A stretch of DNA of 64,000 nucleotides from an uncultured Myxococcales bacterium (GTDB taxonomy: Bacteria > Myxococcota > UBA727 > JABDBI01). The position numbers and the translations under genes were made by a program. Under the pieces are notes generated by a model, which was not told the origin of the DNA, ran no database searches, and saw only the letters and a program-made list of their open reading frames with translations. The stretch is from positions 101,918-165,917 of the forward strand of contig CAYLLS010000001.1 of NCBI GenBank assembly GCA_964385015.1, read 5' to 3'. Below are positions 10,581 to 21,341 of this stretch, piece by piece. Numbering within the stretch: position 1 is the first letter of the stretch; every line of letters starts with the position of its first letter.

Positions 10581-11410
10581 TATGTTTTGAACCTATATAA
10601 GACTTTTAAAAAATGTTTTGTTTTTTTTACATTATGTACTCTTATAATATTAATGTTATTTAATGTGGCAAATGCCGTAGTGCTTAATGTTGCGTTATCT
10701 CTTTGTTGTGGTAATGGAATATTTGTTATTTGACCTAAAAACTTTTTGCGGCTTGCTCCATATACTATGCCGCTAGATATGTTTTTAAAGATATTTAAAT
10801 ATTTACTTAATTCTATATTATGATGAATGTTTTTGCCAAAACCAATGCCAGGGTCTATTAGTATTTTATTAGATGGAATATTATTTATGTTTGCTAATTG
10901 TATTTTTTGTTGTAAAAAATGTTTAATTTCATAAAACATATTGTTATAAATTATTGGTGTTTTATGCATGGTTTGTGGATTGCTTTTATTATGCATTATA
11001 ATAATAGCATCTGCATTATGAATAATTTTTAACATGTTTTTATCTGATAATGCTGAAACATCATTAATCCATGATGCTCCTTCGTTTAAACATTGTTTAG
11101 CAACTTCTGATTTATTTGTATCTATACTAATATTGTTTATGCCTCTTAATACTAGTGATTTAACTATTTTAACAATTCTATTTAATTCTTCTTTTAGTGT
11201 TATAGGTGATGAAAATGGTCTACTTGATTCTGCTCCAATATCAATTATATCAGCACCTTCTTGTATAAGTTTTTCAGCATGTAGAATAGCTTTATCAATA
11301 ATATTAAATCTACCTCCATCAGAAAAGCTATCAGGTGTAATGTTTAGTATCCCCATTATATAAGTTTTTTTACCTATTATAATGTTTTTATTGCCACATT
11401 TTATATTCAT
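10580..11410 (-). CDS. folP: Dihydropteroate synthase
   Basis: 276 aa, GILNITPDSFSDGG pterin-binding motif; start overlaps the tmk stop (ATGA). Confidence 0.8.
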   Translation of the reverse strand: MNIKCGNKNIIIGKKTYIMGILNITPDSFSDGGRFNIIDKAILHAEKLIQEGADIIDIGAESSRPFSSPITLKEELNRIVKIVKSLVLRGINNISIDTNKSEVAKQCLNEGASWINDVSALSDKNMLKIIHNADAIIIMHNKSNPQTMHKTPIIYNNMFYEIKHFLQQKIQLANINNIPSNKILIDPGIGFGKNIHHNIELSKYLNIFKNISSGIVYGASRKKFLGQITNIPLPQQRDNATLSTTAFATLNNINIIRVHNVKKTKHFLKVLYRFKT

Positions 11411-12030
11411 TATATATTTATATTTATATTATAAAGTATTTTTTTAAAAATATCATTTTTGTTGCCATTTCCATTTATTATATTTATGTTGTGTAAAGAT
11501 TTTGCTAAATATAAATATTTTTTTCTAATATTTTTTTGCAAATATATATAATCAAATAATTCTATATTTTTATTGCGTTTTTTTCTTCTTAATTTAGCAA
11601 TATTTTCATGTACATCTATTAAAAAAGTATAATGTGGTAATGGTGCATATTTATTTAACGTTTTGATCCAATTTATATTTAATTCGTTTCCTTGATATGC
11701 TAAACTTGACATTAAATATCTATCACAAATAACATGAATACCATTTTTTAGGTTATTATGAATATATAATGCATAATGATTAAGTCTATCAGCTGCATAT
11801 AAAAGTGCTAACTGTTGTTTTTGTAAATAATGTATTGTATTGTTATTTTTTTTTAGTATTTTTCTTATCAATAATCCAGAATCATACATGCTTGGTTCTG
11901 ATGTGAATAAAGATTTTATATTTATGTGATTAAAATAATGAACAAGTTTTTTTGCTTGTGTTGTTGACCCAGAGCCATCTATACCTTCAATAGCTATTAA
12001 AAATGCTTTATTCATAGAAATCAACCTCAT
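11410..12030 (-). CDS. tmk: Thymidylate kinase
   Basis: 206 aa, P-loop IEGIDGSGSTTQ and DRY-like region (CDRYLMSS). Confidence 0.8.
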   Translation of the reverse strand: MRLISMNKAFLIAIEGIDGSGSTTQAKKLVHYFNHINIKSLFTSEPSMYDSGLLIRKILKKNNNTIHYLQKQQLALLYAADRLNHYALYIHNNLKNGIHVICDRYLMSSLAYQGNELNINWIKTLNKYAPLPHYTFLIDVHENIAKLRRKKRNKNIELFDYIYLQKNIRKKYLYLAKSLHNINIINGNGNKNDIFKKILYNININI

Positions 12031-12093
12031 GTAAATTTGAGAATAATAACAATATTTTTTTTAAAAATCTATTTTGATTAATGTTAGTGTATA

Positions 12094-12990
12094 TTATTTT
12101 TTTAGTATAGTTTTAATTTTTTTAGTAGCTAACTTAAGTTTTTTAGTATTAATGTTGGTTTGTATATTCATAGAATTTAACATGTAAATTAAATCTTCTG
12201 TAGCAATATTTCCAGATGCTCCAGGTGTATATGGGCATCCTCCTAAACCACCTGCAGAGGCATCAAATGATGATATGCCGAGAGTTAACGCTACTAATAT
12301 ATTAGCTAATGCTAGTTTATTAGTATCATGCATATGTAATGCTATTTTATCAATAGGAATATATTTTTTTAGTTCATTTAATATATAATATGTTTGTATT
12401 GGATTACCAATGCCGATTGTATCACTAATGCTGATTTCACAAGCTCCATATTTTATAAATTTTTTGGCAATGCGAATTAATGTGCTTATGGACGTTTGCC
12501 CTTCATATGGACATCCAAAAGCAGTTGAAATATATGCTCTGAATTTAATATTATTTTTATTAGCGTGATGAGCGATTTTATTATATTGGAATAAAGATTC
12601 ATTAATGGTTTGATTAATGTTTTTTTTATTGTGTGTATTAGATGTTGATATAACAAAAGAAATTTTATTGATACCTAATTGTAATGCACGATCATAACCC
12701 TTCATATTTGGCACTAAAACATAAAATTCACTGTTTTTTATTTTATGCATTTGTTGAATTTGAGTTACAAGCTCTACTTGATCTGAAAATTGTGGTATTA
12801 TTTTAGGATTAACAAATGATGTTATTTCTATTCTAGATAATCCACTTTGTAATAATTCTGATATAAATATAATTTTATCTATTGTATTAATAAAAATACT
12901 TTCGTTTTGAAGTCCATCTCTAGGTGATACTTCCATAATTTTTACATTATTGGGCAAAGAATTAAACAGATTATACTCCTTATTAAACAA
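12094..12990 (-). CDS. Hydroxymethylglutaryl-CoA lyase (HMGL-like aldolase)
   Basis: 298 aa; N-terminal EVSPRDGLQNE, TIM-barrel HMGL family; His-x-His (LHMHDTN) metal site. Confidence 0.75.
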   Translation of the reverse strand: MFNKEYNLFNSLPNNVKIMEVSPRDGLQNESIFINTIDKIIFISELLQSGLSRIEITSFVNPKIIPQFSDQVELVTQIQQMHKIKNSEFYVLVPNMKGYDRALQLGINKISFVISTSNTHNKKNINQTINESLFQYNKIAHHANKNNIKFRAYISTAFGCPYEGQTSISTLIRIAKKFIKYGACEISISDTIGIGNPIQTYYILNELKKYIPIDKIALHMHDTNKLALANILVALTLGISSFDASAGGLGGCPYTPGASGNIATEDLIYMLNSMNIQTNINTKKLKLATKKIKTILKK

Positions 12991-13012
12991 TATTATAGTT
13001 GCATATATAATA

Positions 13013-14173
13013 TTAAAAAGTTTTTAAAATTTGATTTGCAATAACTAATCGTTGAATTTCACTTGTTCCTTCGTAAATTTCTGTTATACGTGCATCTCTA
13101 AAGTATCTTTCCATTGGGAAATCTTTTATATATCCGTTACCTCCAAAAATTTGCATTGCTTGATGCGTAACAAAAGATGATGTTTCTGAAGCATATAATT
13201 TAGCCATAGCTGCTTCTTTTATAAATTTTTGGTTAGCATCTTTTAATGATGCTGCTTGCATTGTCAATAACTTAGCGCTTTCAATTTTTACTGCCATATC
13301 TGCTATTTTTTGTTGAATTAATTGAAACTTGGATATTGTAGTGTTAAACGCTTTTCTTTCTATGGAATATTTTACAGCAGCATTAAAAGCTGCTTGAGCA
13401 ATACCTATTGCTTGTGATGCTATCCCGATTCTTCCACCATCTAATGTTTGCATAGCAATTTTAAAACCATCTCCCTCTTGTCCTAATAGAAATGTTTTAG
13501 GTATAGTACAATTATCTAACATAATGTTACAGGTAGAAGATCCTTTGATGCCAAGTTTATTCTCTTTTTTACCTAATGTTAATCCTTTATATGGAATTGG
13601 TATTAAGAAAGCTGAAATTCCATGATGTTTTAATTTTTTATTTGTTGTAGCAAATATAATTGTTGCATTTGCTTCATATCCATTGGTTACCCATGCTTTA
13701 GTTCCATTTAAGATATAATTATTATTGAGTAATGTAGCTTTAGTATTAGCTGCAGCTGCATCAGATCCATTTCCAGGTTCACTTAGTGCAAAACATCCGA
13801 TTTTATTCCCTTTGGTAAAGGGATGTAAAAATATTTTTTTTAATTCTTTAGAACCATGTTTTAAAATTGGATCACAATATAATGAGTTATTGACACTCAT
13901 AATTACCCCACATGATGCACAAGCTTGACTAATTTCTTTTAATGCCATTACATAAGCTTTAGTGTCAAATCCGCTACCATTGTCATATTCTGGAATAAAA
14001 ACACTCATTAATCCCATTTGACCCATTTTTGTTATTTGTGTCTTAGGATATGAGCTTGTTGAATCAATGATTGAGGCTTGATTTGTTAGTTCTTTTCCAG
14101 CAAATTCTATGCATGTTTTTTGTAAAATAAAATGATGTTCATTTATGTTAAATATACTGTTTTTATATATCAT
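13013..14173 (-). CDS. Short-chain (butyryl/short-branched) acyl-CoA dehydrogenase
   Basis: 386 aa; IMSVNNSLYCDPILKHGSKE and C-terminal YEGTSEIQRLVIA closely resemble SCAD/Bcd-type ACADs. Confidence 0.75.
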   Translation of the reverse strand: MIYKNSIFNINEHHFILQKTCIEFAGKELTNQASIIDSTSSYPKTQITKMGQMGLMSVFIPEYDNGSGFDTKAYVMALKEISQACASCGVIMSVNNSLYCDPILKHGSKELKKIFLHPFTKGNKIGCFALSEPGNGSDAAAANTKATLLNNNYILNGTKAWVTNGYEANATIIFATTNKKLKHHGISAFLIPIPYKGLTLGKKENKLGIKGSSTCNIMLDNCTIPKTFLLGQEGDGFKIAMQTLDGGRIGIASQAIGIAQAAFNAAVKYSIERKAFNTTISKFQLIQQKIADMAVKIESAKLLTMQAASLKDANQKFIKEAAMAKLYASETSSFVTHQAMQIFGGNGYIKDFPMERYFRDARITEIYEGTSEIQRLVIANQILKTF

Positions 14174-14175
14174 AA

Positions 14176-15012
14176 TTAATATCCTTTAAAAAAAACTTTT
14201 CTTTTTTGAATAAATGCATTTATTCCTTCTTTTTTGTCTTCTGATGCAAATATTTGATTAAAAGATAATTCTGTTAATGTATCATTATAAAAATGATTAT
14301 ATGTGTCTATATTTAATATTTGTTTGCATAATGTTATGGCTAGTGGACCGCAATTGATGATATTTTCAGCTTGTTTGATGGTTTCAGTTAATACATTATT
14401 TTTATATATTTTATTTATTAATTTGATTTTTAAAGCTTCTTGAGCGTTGATTTTTTTCGCAAAAAAACATAATTCTTTAGTATAATTTAATCCAATTTGT
14501 CTTTTTAATCTTCTTAATCCTCCAAAGCCAGGGATTAAGCCTAATGATGTTTCAACTAAACCAAATATAGCTGTTTCATTTGAATAAATAAAATCACAAG
14601 ATAATGCTAATTCTAATCCACCACCTAATGTAAATCCATTTACTGCAGCAATAACAGGAATTTGCATGTTTTCTATTGTATTAAATATTTTATGACCTAA
14701 TTTTGAAAATGACGTTGCTTGTTTTGGTGACATAGTTTGCATTTCTTTAATATCAGCACCTGCAGCAAAACTTTTATGACCAGCACCTGTAATAATTAAT
14801 ATTTTTTGTGTTTTATCATTATTAATATCATTAAGTGTAGTATCTAAATCTAATAAAACTTGTTTGTTTATAGAATTTAATTGTTTTTCTCTATTAATTT
14901 TAATAATGCTTATATGATGTTTTTTTTCTATGATTAATGTTGGTAAGTTCATTTTAAATTTTATCCTATATATTTTATTATTATTGATAAAGCACTGCCA
15001 CCACCTATACAT
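14176..15012 (-). CDS. Enoyl-CoA hydratase (crotonase family). The true start is probably the internal Met near 14952 (MNLPTLII...), giving a ~10-nt overlap with the thiolase instead of 52 nt.
   Basis: Crotonase signatures ITGAGHKSFAAGADIKEM and AAVNGFTLGGGLELALSCDF. Confidence 0.75.
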   Translation of the reverse strand: MYRWWQCFINNNKIYRIKFKMNLPTLIIEKKHHISIIKINREKQLNSINKQVLLDLDTTLNDINNDKTQKILIITGAGHKSFAAGADIKEMQTMSPKQATSFSKLGHKIFNTIENMQIPVIAAVNGFTLGGGLELALSCDFIYSNETAIFGLVETSLGLIPGFGGLRRLKRQIGLNYTKELCFFAKKINAQEALKIKLINKIYKNNVLTETIKQAENIINCGPLAITLCKQILNIDTYNHFYNDTLTELSFNQIFASEDKKEGINAFIQKRKVFFKGY

Positions 15013-16136
15013 ATACTAGCACATCCTAATTTTGCTTGTTTATATTGCATGCTGTTTAATAATGTACATACTATTCTTGCGCCAGAACATCCTATAGGAT
15101 GTCCTAAAGCAACTGCTCCTCCGAAAATGTTTACTTTATCATGAGGTATATGTAATTTTTTCATAGTTACAATTGGAACCACTGCAAATGCTTCATTAAT
15201 TTCAAATAGGTTAATGTCTTTAATATTAATATTAATTTTTTTACATGCTTTTTGTATAGAATAAATTGGAGCTGTAGTAAACCATGATGGATGTTGTGCA
15301 AAACTTGCTATGCTTAATATTTCTGCAATTGGTTTAATACCTAATGATAAAGCTTTAGTTTCATTCATTAGTATTACAGCTGCAGCGCCATCATTTATTT
15401 TAGATGCATTTGCAACAGTAATTGTTCCTTTTTTGTTAAAAATAGATTTTAAGTTTATCATTTTTTGTAAGTTAAAATTATTTAATTCTTCATCTTGTGT
15501 TATCTGTTTATTAGGTTTTGTTTTACATATAATTGGTGTTATTTCGTTATCAAAAATATTTTCTTTTGTAGTCATTAAAGCTCGTTTATAACTATGTTCA
15601 GCAAATAAATCTTGTTCTGATCGAGAAATATTATATTTTTCAGCGCATAAATCTCCTAAATTTCCCATGTGCATTTTACTATATGGATCCCATAAACCGT
15701 CATGTATCATTGAATCAATCATGTGTTTATTTCCCATTTTCATTGTTTTTCTTGAATTTAATAGCATATATGGACTTTGTGACATGTTTTCCATGCCACC
15801 AGCAATAATAGTGTTATATTCTTGTGTCATAATTGCTTGATATGCAAGTATAATAGATTGTAATCCAGAACCACAGACTTTATTAATAGTGGTGCATGGA
15901 ACGTTATTTGAAATGCCAGCAGCTAATGATGCTTGTCTGGCTGGTGCTTGTCCTGAACCAGCACTTAATACTTGTCCCATAATTACTTCATCAATTATGT
16001 TAGTATTTATCTTATATTTTTCAATAGCACCTTTGATAGCTGCTGCTCCTAAATCTGTTGCTTTGATATTGTTTAAACATCCTAAAAAAGATCCTATAGG
16101 AGTTCTTGAATATCCTACAATAACTGTTTTGGTCAT
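14961..16136 (-). CDS. Acetyl-CoA C-acetyltransferase (thiolase II)
   Basis: 391 aa; active-site Cys region VNKVCGSGLQSI, C-terminal CIGGGSALS (GGGxG thiolase motif), His region NIFGGAVALGHPIGCSGAR. Confidence 0.85.
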   Translation of the reverse strand: MTKTVIVGYSRTPIGSFLGCLNNIKATDLGAAAIKGAIEKYKINTNIIDEVIMGQVLSAGSGQAPARQASLAAGISNNVPCTTINKVCGSGLQSIILAYQAIMTQEYNTIIAGGMENMSQSPYMLLNSRKTMKMGNKHMIDSMIHDGLWDPYSKMHMGNLGDLCAEKYNISRSEQDLFAEHSYKRALMTTKENIFDNEITPIICKTKPNKQITQDEELNNFNLQKMINLKSIFNKKGTITVANASKINDGAAAVILMNETKALSLGIKPIAEILSIASFAQHPSWFTTAPIYSIQKACKKININIKDINLFEINEAFAVVPIVTMKKLHIPHDKVNIFGGAVALGHPIGCSGARIVCTLLNSMQYKQAKLGCASICIGGGSALSIIIKYIG

Positions 16137-16149
16137 AATTAATTCCTAT

Positions 16150-17502
16150 TTATAAAATAAATTTATTTAAATCTTCATTTTGTATGATTGGTGATAATCT
16201 AGTTGAAACTAATTCAGCAGTAATGTTAATTGTTTTGTGTTTTATATTTGGTGCTGAAAAACTTTCATGTTCTAATAGTTTTTCCATAACTGTATATAGT
16301 CTTCTTGCACCTATATTTTCTTGAGTTAAGTTGACTTTTGCAGCTGTTTTAGCCAATTCTTTAATCCCATCTGTGGTAAAATGTAATTGTAGATTTTCAG
16401 TTTTCATTAATGCTGTATATTGTTTTACTAAACTGTTGTCTGGTTCTGTTAAAATTTTTATAAAATCATGTTCTGTTAAAGAATTCAATTCTACACGAAT
16501 AGGAAATCTTCCTTGTAGTTCTGGAATTAAATCAGATAATTTTGCTGTATGGAAAGCGCCTGCAGCAATAAATAACATATGATCTGTTTTTACTAATCCA
16601 TATTTAGTATTAATACTAGATCCTTCTATAATTGGAAGTATATCTCTTTGTACTCCTTCGCGACTCACATCTGGTCCATTGCTTCTTGTTCTACCAGCTA
16701 TTTTATCAATTTCATCTATAAAAATAATTCCAGATTGTTCGGCTTTGTTAATGGCATCTCTATGTATTTTATCTGTATCTATTAATTTTTGTGATTCATC
16801 TAATGTCATGGCTTTTAATGCTTCAGGTATTTTCATTTTTTGTTGTTTTTTTTTCTTATGTCCTAATGTGCTAGATATAGCATCTTGTAAATTAGATGCT
16901 ATATCGTCCATTACACCTGTTTGTCCAAACATTTGAAATATTGTTGATGGCTGATGTTTATGTATATTGATATTTATTTCTTTATTGTTAAATTCTCCAT
17001 TTTTTAACATAGATCTAATTTTTTCTCTACTATTTTTTGTATTGTTTGTATTTTCAGTATGATTAGTTTTATTTGGTTTAGGTAATAATATATTTAATAT
17101 TTGTTCTTCTGCTAAGACAGCAGCTTTGTTAGCAACTGTTTCCATTGCTTTATTTTTGCACATATTTACTGATTTTTCTACAAGATCTCTTATCATAGAA
17201 TCTACATCTCTTCCTACGTATCCTACTTCTGTAAATTTTGTTGCTTCTACTTTAATAAATGGCGCGTTTGATAGTCTAGCCAATCTTCTTGCTATTTCTG
17301 TTTTACCACATCCAGTGGGTCCTATTAAAATGATGTTTTTAGGAGAAATTTCTTCTCTTAATGGCATTGGAACTTGGTTTCTGCGCCATCTGTTTCTCAA
17401 TGCTATGGCTACAGATTTTTTAGCTGCAGATTGTCCAATAATAAATCTATCTAATTCAGATATGATTTCTTTAGGAGTAAAATTTTGATTTTTAATGTCC
17501 AT
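16150..17502 (-). CDS. hslU: ATP-dependent protease ATPase subunit HslU
   Basis: 450 aa; Walker [18 protein letters not shown]-domain insert, C-terminal ...EDLNKFIL; adjacent to hslV. Confidence 0.9.
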   Translation of the reverse strand: MDIKNQNFTPKEIISELDRFIIGQSAAKKSVAIALRNRWRRNQVPMPLREEISPKNIILIGPTGCGKTEIARRLARLSNAPFIKVEATKFTEVGYVGRDVDSMIRDLVEKSVNMCKNKAMETVANKAAVLAEEQILNILLPKPNKTNHTENTNNTKNSREKIRSMLKNGEFNNKEININIHKHQPSTIFQMFGQTGVMDDIASNLQDAISSTLGHKKKKQQKMKIPEALKAMTLDESQKLIDTDKIHRDAINKAEQSGIIFIDEIDKIAGRTRSNGPDVSREGVQRDILPIIEGSSINTKYGLVKTDHMLFIAAGAFHTAKLSDLIPELQGRFPIRVELNSLTEHDFIKILTEPDNSLVKQYTALMKTENLQLHFTTDGIKELAKTAAKVNLTQENIGARRLYTVMEKLLEHESFSAPNIKHKTINITAELVSTRLSPIIQNEDLNKFIL

Positions 17503-17510
17503 TTTATATC

Positions 17511-18038
17511 CTATAATTCTTTAAAACTTATATTTTTGTTAGTAAATATACATATATCGCATGCTATGATCATAGATTTTTTAGCGATTTCTTTAGCAGA
17601 TAAATTAGTATTATCATATAAAGCACGAGCAGCTGCTAATGCGAAAGGACCTCCGGAACCTATTGCATATACATTTGTATCTGGTTCTAATACATCTCCA
17701 GATCCAGAAATTAATAAAATTTTGTCTTTAGATGCTATTAAAAGTAAAGCTTCTAATTTTTGCAACATTTTATCAGAACGCCATTCTTTTGCTAATTCTA
17801 CAGCAGCTTTTGTTAATTGGTCTGAAAATATTTTTATTTTTTTTTCGAACATATCAAATAATTTAAAAGCATCAGCTGTGCTGCCAGCAAATCCAGCTAA
17901 TATGTTTCCATTAGCTAATGTCCTTAATTTATTAGCTTTGCTTTTAACTATTGTGTTGTTCATGGATACTTGCCCATCTCCTGCTAGTACTACATTGTTG
18001 TTTTTTCTAATTGCTATAATGGTTGTTGCATGAAACAT
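17511..18038 (-). CDS. hslV: ATP-dependent protease subunit HslV
   Basis: 175 aa; begins [22 protein letters not shown] (N-terminal Thr nucleophile after Met removal). Confidence 0.9.
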   Translation of the reverse strand: MFHATTIIAIRKNNNVVLAGDGQVSMNNTIVKSKANKLRTLANGNILAGFAGSTADAFKLFDMFEKKIKIFSDQLTKAAVELAKEWRSDKMLQKLEALLLIASKDKILLISGSGDVLEPDTNVYAIGSGGPFALAAARALYDNTNLSAKEIAKKSMIIACDICIFTNKNISFKEL

Positions 18039-18173
18039 GTTTTTTAAAACCTAAGGTTGTTATTATTATATCATGTATTGTTTATAAAATATAATTTTAT
18101 ATTTATAAAGCAAAGTATATTATATTTTTTGATTTAGTAAGATAAGTTGATTATTACGTTAAATTAAAAAGAA

Positions 18174-18479
18174 TTAAAAACCAAGCCTAGATTTTTTTTC
18201 TTCTGCAGTTGGAAGTGGATCTTCTTTTTCTGTAATATTAACACTTGTAGCTGATTTTTCTTCATTTATTTTAATCCATTTCTCCATGTTTGGTGGTAAA
18301 TTAGATTCATCAAAAATTGCTTCTACTGGACATTCTGGTTCGCAAGCTCCGCAATCTATACATTCATCTGGATGAATATAAAGCATATTGTTGTCTGCAT
18401 AAAAACAATCTACAGGGCATACAGAAATACAGTCTGTAAATCTACATTTATTACAATTTTCAGTTACAACAAAAGTCAT
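18174..18479 (-). CDS. fdxA: 7Fe ferredoxin ([3Fe-4S][4Fe-4S], FdxA type)
   Basis: 101 aa; [27 protein letters not shown]...[12 protein letters not shown], the classic FdxA cysteine pattern. Confidence 0.85.
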   Translation of the reverse strand: MTFVVTENCNKCRFTDCISVCPVDCFYADNNMLYIHPDECIDCGACEPECPVEAIFDESNLPPNMEKWIKINEEKSATSVNITEKEDPLPTAEEKKSRLGF

Positions 18480-18553
18480 AATAGTTATCCTTAATTTTAA
18501 AATTATTTTATAATACTACAAATATTAACATAAAAAATGATATGTTTAAAATT

Positions 18554-18739
18554 TTATTTAAATTTAATTTTATTAGCTGCTATTTCACGCAGAGCAATAA
18601 CTTGTTCATTATTTTTGTATGGATTGATTAGAGGTTGACTTCCTTTCATTAATTGCCTGGTTCGATGTGATGCTAATATAACTAAAGCAAATCTATTATT
18701 AATTTTTTTTAAACAATTTTCTATTGTTACTCTTGCCAT
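18554..18739 (-). CDS. rpoZ: DNA-directed RNA polymerase subunit omega
   Basis: 61 aa; [30 protein letters not shown] matches the RpoZ N-terminus. Confidence 0.8.
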   Translation of the reverse strand: MARVTIENCLKKINNRFALVILASHRTRQLMKGSQPLINPYKNNEQVIALREIAANKIKFK

Positions 18740-18820
18740 TTTTTTTGCCTAAAAATATTTATTTTATAAATTATATCATATTTTATTTTCAATATTATGT
18801 ATATATAAATATTTAAAATA

Positions 18821-21298
18821 TTATATTTTTCTTAATAAAATATTAAATTGTTTTTTTAAAGAGTGAAGTATATTTGCTATAACTATATGAATATCATTAT
18901 CTGTTAATGTTTTCATATTGCTTTGAAATATAAGAGATAATGTTAATGTTTTTATAGTATTAGATATATGCGATGGATAGTATATATCAATTACATATAT
19001 TTGTTTTAATATATGTTTAATATTTGGATATGATTTAATATATGATATAATGTTTGAAATTATAATATTATTATTCATGATTAATGATAAATTTTTTTTA
19101 ATTGATGGAAATTTTGGATAATTATGAAATTTGATATCTTTTTGATGTAATTTATATATATTGGTTAAATTTAATTCAAATATAAAACATTTATGTTTAA
19201 TTTTCAATTGTTTTTGAATATTTGGATGTAATTCTCCTAAGTAACCTATATTAATATTATTATTATTATTGTTGTATGTAGAACAAATATTCATATATAT
19301 TTTTGGATGCACATAAAATTTATTTTGTTTTAGTGGCGTATTATTGTTATGAAAATAATATTGTATTTTTAATAATTTCAATGCTTTTTCTATGAACCCT
19401 TTAAAATCAAAAAATGTTAGATTCTTATTATTTATATTGTTTTCTTGATATGTATTGTTTGTCGCAATTCCAGAGAAATAGTATAATTCATTTGCCCAAT
19501 ATTGGTATTTGTTTTTATATTTTAAATTTTTAACAAATATATTTCCTATTTCGAATAATCTAATATTATTGTTATATTTATTTTGATTGGTAATGATATT
19601 TTTAATTAATCCTGGCAATAAACTTTGTCGCATGGCATTTAATTTATTGCTTAGTGGATTATTAATACGAATAATGTTTTGTTCATTTAAAATAGAATAT
19701 TGTTTACTAATTGCTAATGAATTAAATGTGAAATTAATAGTTTCACAAAACCCAAAAGATATAAATAATGTTTTTAATAATAAGCTTATATCATGATATG
19801 TATATGAAACATAAGTATTTAAATTTGTATTGGTTGTAATCATATTATTCTTGATATTATGAAATCCAAATATTTTTAAAATTTCTTCTATTATATCTAT
19901 AGGTTGTTTTATATCTACTCTATAAGTTGGAATGATTACTAATATTTTTTTGTTTTGTTTTTTTATGATTTTTATATTTAAGTAATATAAAATATTATAT
20001 ATTTTATGATTACTGATTTGTTGTTTTGATGTTCCAGATATTTTAAAAAACATATTAATATCAAATATGCATTTTTTATTTATAGTCAATGTTGAACTAG
20101 ATTTGCTGTGTATAGATGATGCTAAATTTGCATTAGCATATTTTGTCATAAAATTAATAGCTTGTGTTAATGCTATAAGAGTATTATTAGGATTTATTTC
20201 TTTTTCAGTTATATTGCTTGATTTAGTATGTATATTATGATTAGAAACACTGTTTTTAATGTTGTTTTTATTGAAACAAGCGCTTTCTATCAGTATATTT
20301 TTAGTCTTATATGTTATTTTTGTATTATTGCTACCAATAATGCCTGCTAATGCAATTGGGTAACTATTATTATATATTACTATATCATTTTTTGATAATG
20401 TATGTGTAATATTATTAATGCTTGTGAACTGTTGATTTTTACAAGCAGTATCAACATTAATATTTATAATATGATTATCATGTATTAATGTATCATAATC
20501 ATATACATGCATTGCTTGTCCTGTTTCTAGAGAAATATAATTTATAATGTCAATAATATTATTGATTGGGTTGATATGACATGTTATTAATTTTGTTATA
20601 ATAAATAAAGGACTTTGCTTTATAGTAATATCTTTTAATAAAATACAGCTATATTTTTTACATATATTGGTTTTTTTAATATTTATATTGATATTTAATT
20701 TGTTAAATTTATATTTATTTTTTTTTTTATTGTTGTAAATGGTTGTTTTATATAGTGTACTTAATTCTTTAGCAATACCTAAATGGCTGTTTAGATCTGT
20801 TCTATTATATGATGTATTTAATGTTATTGATTTATCATTGGTGTTTATAATATCAAGAAATTTATGTCCTATTGCGTATGAAAAATATTTGTCTTTTAAT
20901 ATTAATGGATTTTTGTTATCTAATGTAAAATGCAAGTTTTCATTTAGGCTAAAAAAACAATTATTTTTATAATTTTTTATATCATTATAAATATAATCTT
21001 TTTGATTAAATTTATGTTTATATTTTATTATTAATATGTCATTTATTTTTAATTTATGATGCTTAGAAATAAATGTTTCAATATTTATACCATCAGATAT
21101 TATATATTCAACATTTTTGTTATGATGTGTAATGATGTTATTAATTTGAGCAAAAATAGCATTGTTTAATGTCGTATTAAGGTTATTAATTTCATCAACT
21201 TCAATTCCTAATTTGATTAGATTATCAATAATATGATGATTTGTAATATTATTAGATTGTTTTATTAATTTTCTAATCCAATTAATACTAATTTGCAT
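18821..21298 (-). CDS. pheT: Phenylalanine--tRNA ligase beta subunit
   Basis: 825 aa; directly downstream of pheS; domain order consistent with PheT; very Asn/Ile/Lys-rich. Confidence 0.8.
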   Translation of the reverse strand: MQISINWIRKLIKQSNNITNHHIIDNLIKLGIEVDEINNLNTTLNNAIFAQINNIITHHNKNVEYIISDGINIETFISKHHKLKINDILIIKYKHKFNQKDYIYNDIKNYKNNCFFSLNENLHFTLDNKNPLILKDKYFSYAIGHKFLDIINTNDKSITLNTSYNRTDLNSHLGIAKELSTLYKTTIYNNKKKNKYKFNKLNININIKKTNICKKYSCILLKDITIKQSPLFIITKLITCHINPINNIIDIINYISLETGQAMHVYDYDTLIHDNHIININVDTACKNQQFTSINNITHTLSKNDIVIYNNSYPIALAGIIGSNNTKITYKTKNILIESACFNKNNIKNSVSNHNIHTKSSNITEKEINPNNTLIALTQAINFMTKYANANLASSIHSKSSSTLTINKKCIFDINMFFKISGTSKQQISNHKIYNILYYLNIKIIKKQNKKILVIIPTYRVDIKQPIDIIEEILKIFGFHNIKNNMITTNTNLNTYVSYTYHDISLLLKTLFISFGFCETINFTFNSLAISKQYSILNEQNIIRINNPLSNKLNAMRQSLLPGLIKNIITNQNKYNNNIRLFEIGNIFVKNLKYKNKYQYWANELYYFSGIATNNTYQENNINNKNLTFFDFKGFIEKALKLLKIQYYFHNNNTPLKQNKFYVHPKIYMNICSTYNNNNNNINIGYLGELHPNIQKQLKIKHKCFIFELNLTNIYKLHQKDIKFHNYPKFPSIKKNLSLIMNNNIIISNIISYIKSYPNIKHILKQIYVIDIYYPSHISNTIKTLTLSLIFQSNMKTLTDNDIHIVIANILHSLKKQFNILLRKI

Positions 21299-21341
21299 AT
21301 ATTACTCTTTATAAAAATGTTATTTTATTGTTAATATTATA

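Noticed and set aside
14952-15012. 52-nt overlap between thiolase and enoyl-CoA hydratase as a programmed feature
   Set aside because: Most simply explained by the hydratase starting at the internal Met (MNLPTLII...), which leaves a conventional ~10-nt coupling overlap.
17485-18033. 182-aa plus-strand ORF (and neighbouring 17126-17488, 16331-16936 ORFs) lying entirely antisense to hslV/hslU
   Set aside because: Its coordinates coincide exactly with conserved minus-strand genes, its product is low-complexity with no motif, and such antisense ORFs opposite real genes are a common artefact. The same reasoning applies to 2773-3024 (antisense to rlmN), 7781-9223 (antisense to pnp), 11034-11363 (folP), 13725-13928 (SCAD), 15310-16155 (thiolase), 43940-44374 (meaB), 46045-46305 (mutase), 47768-48568 (ffh), 52332-52997 (bamA) and others in the track.
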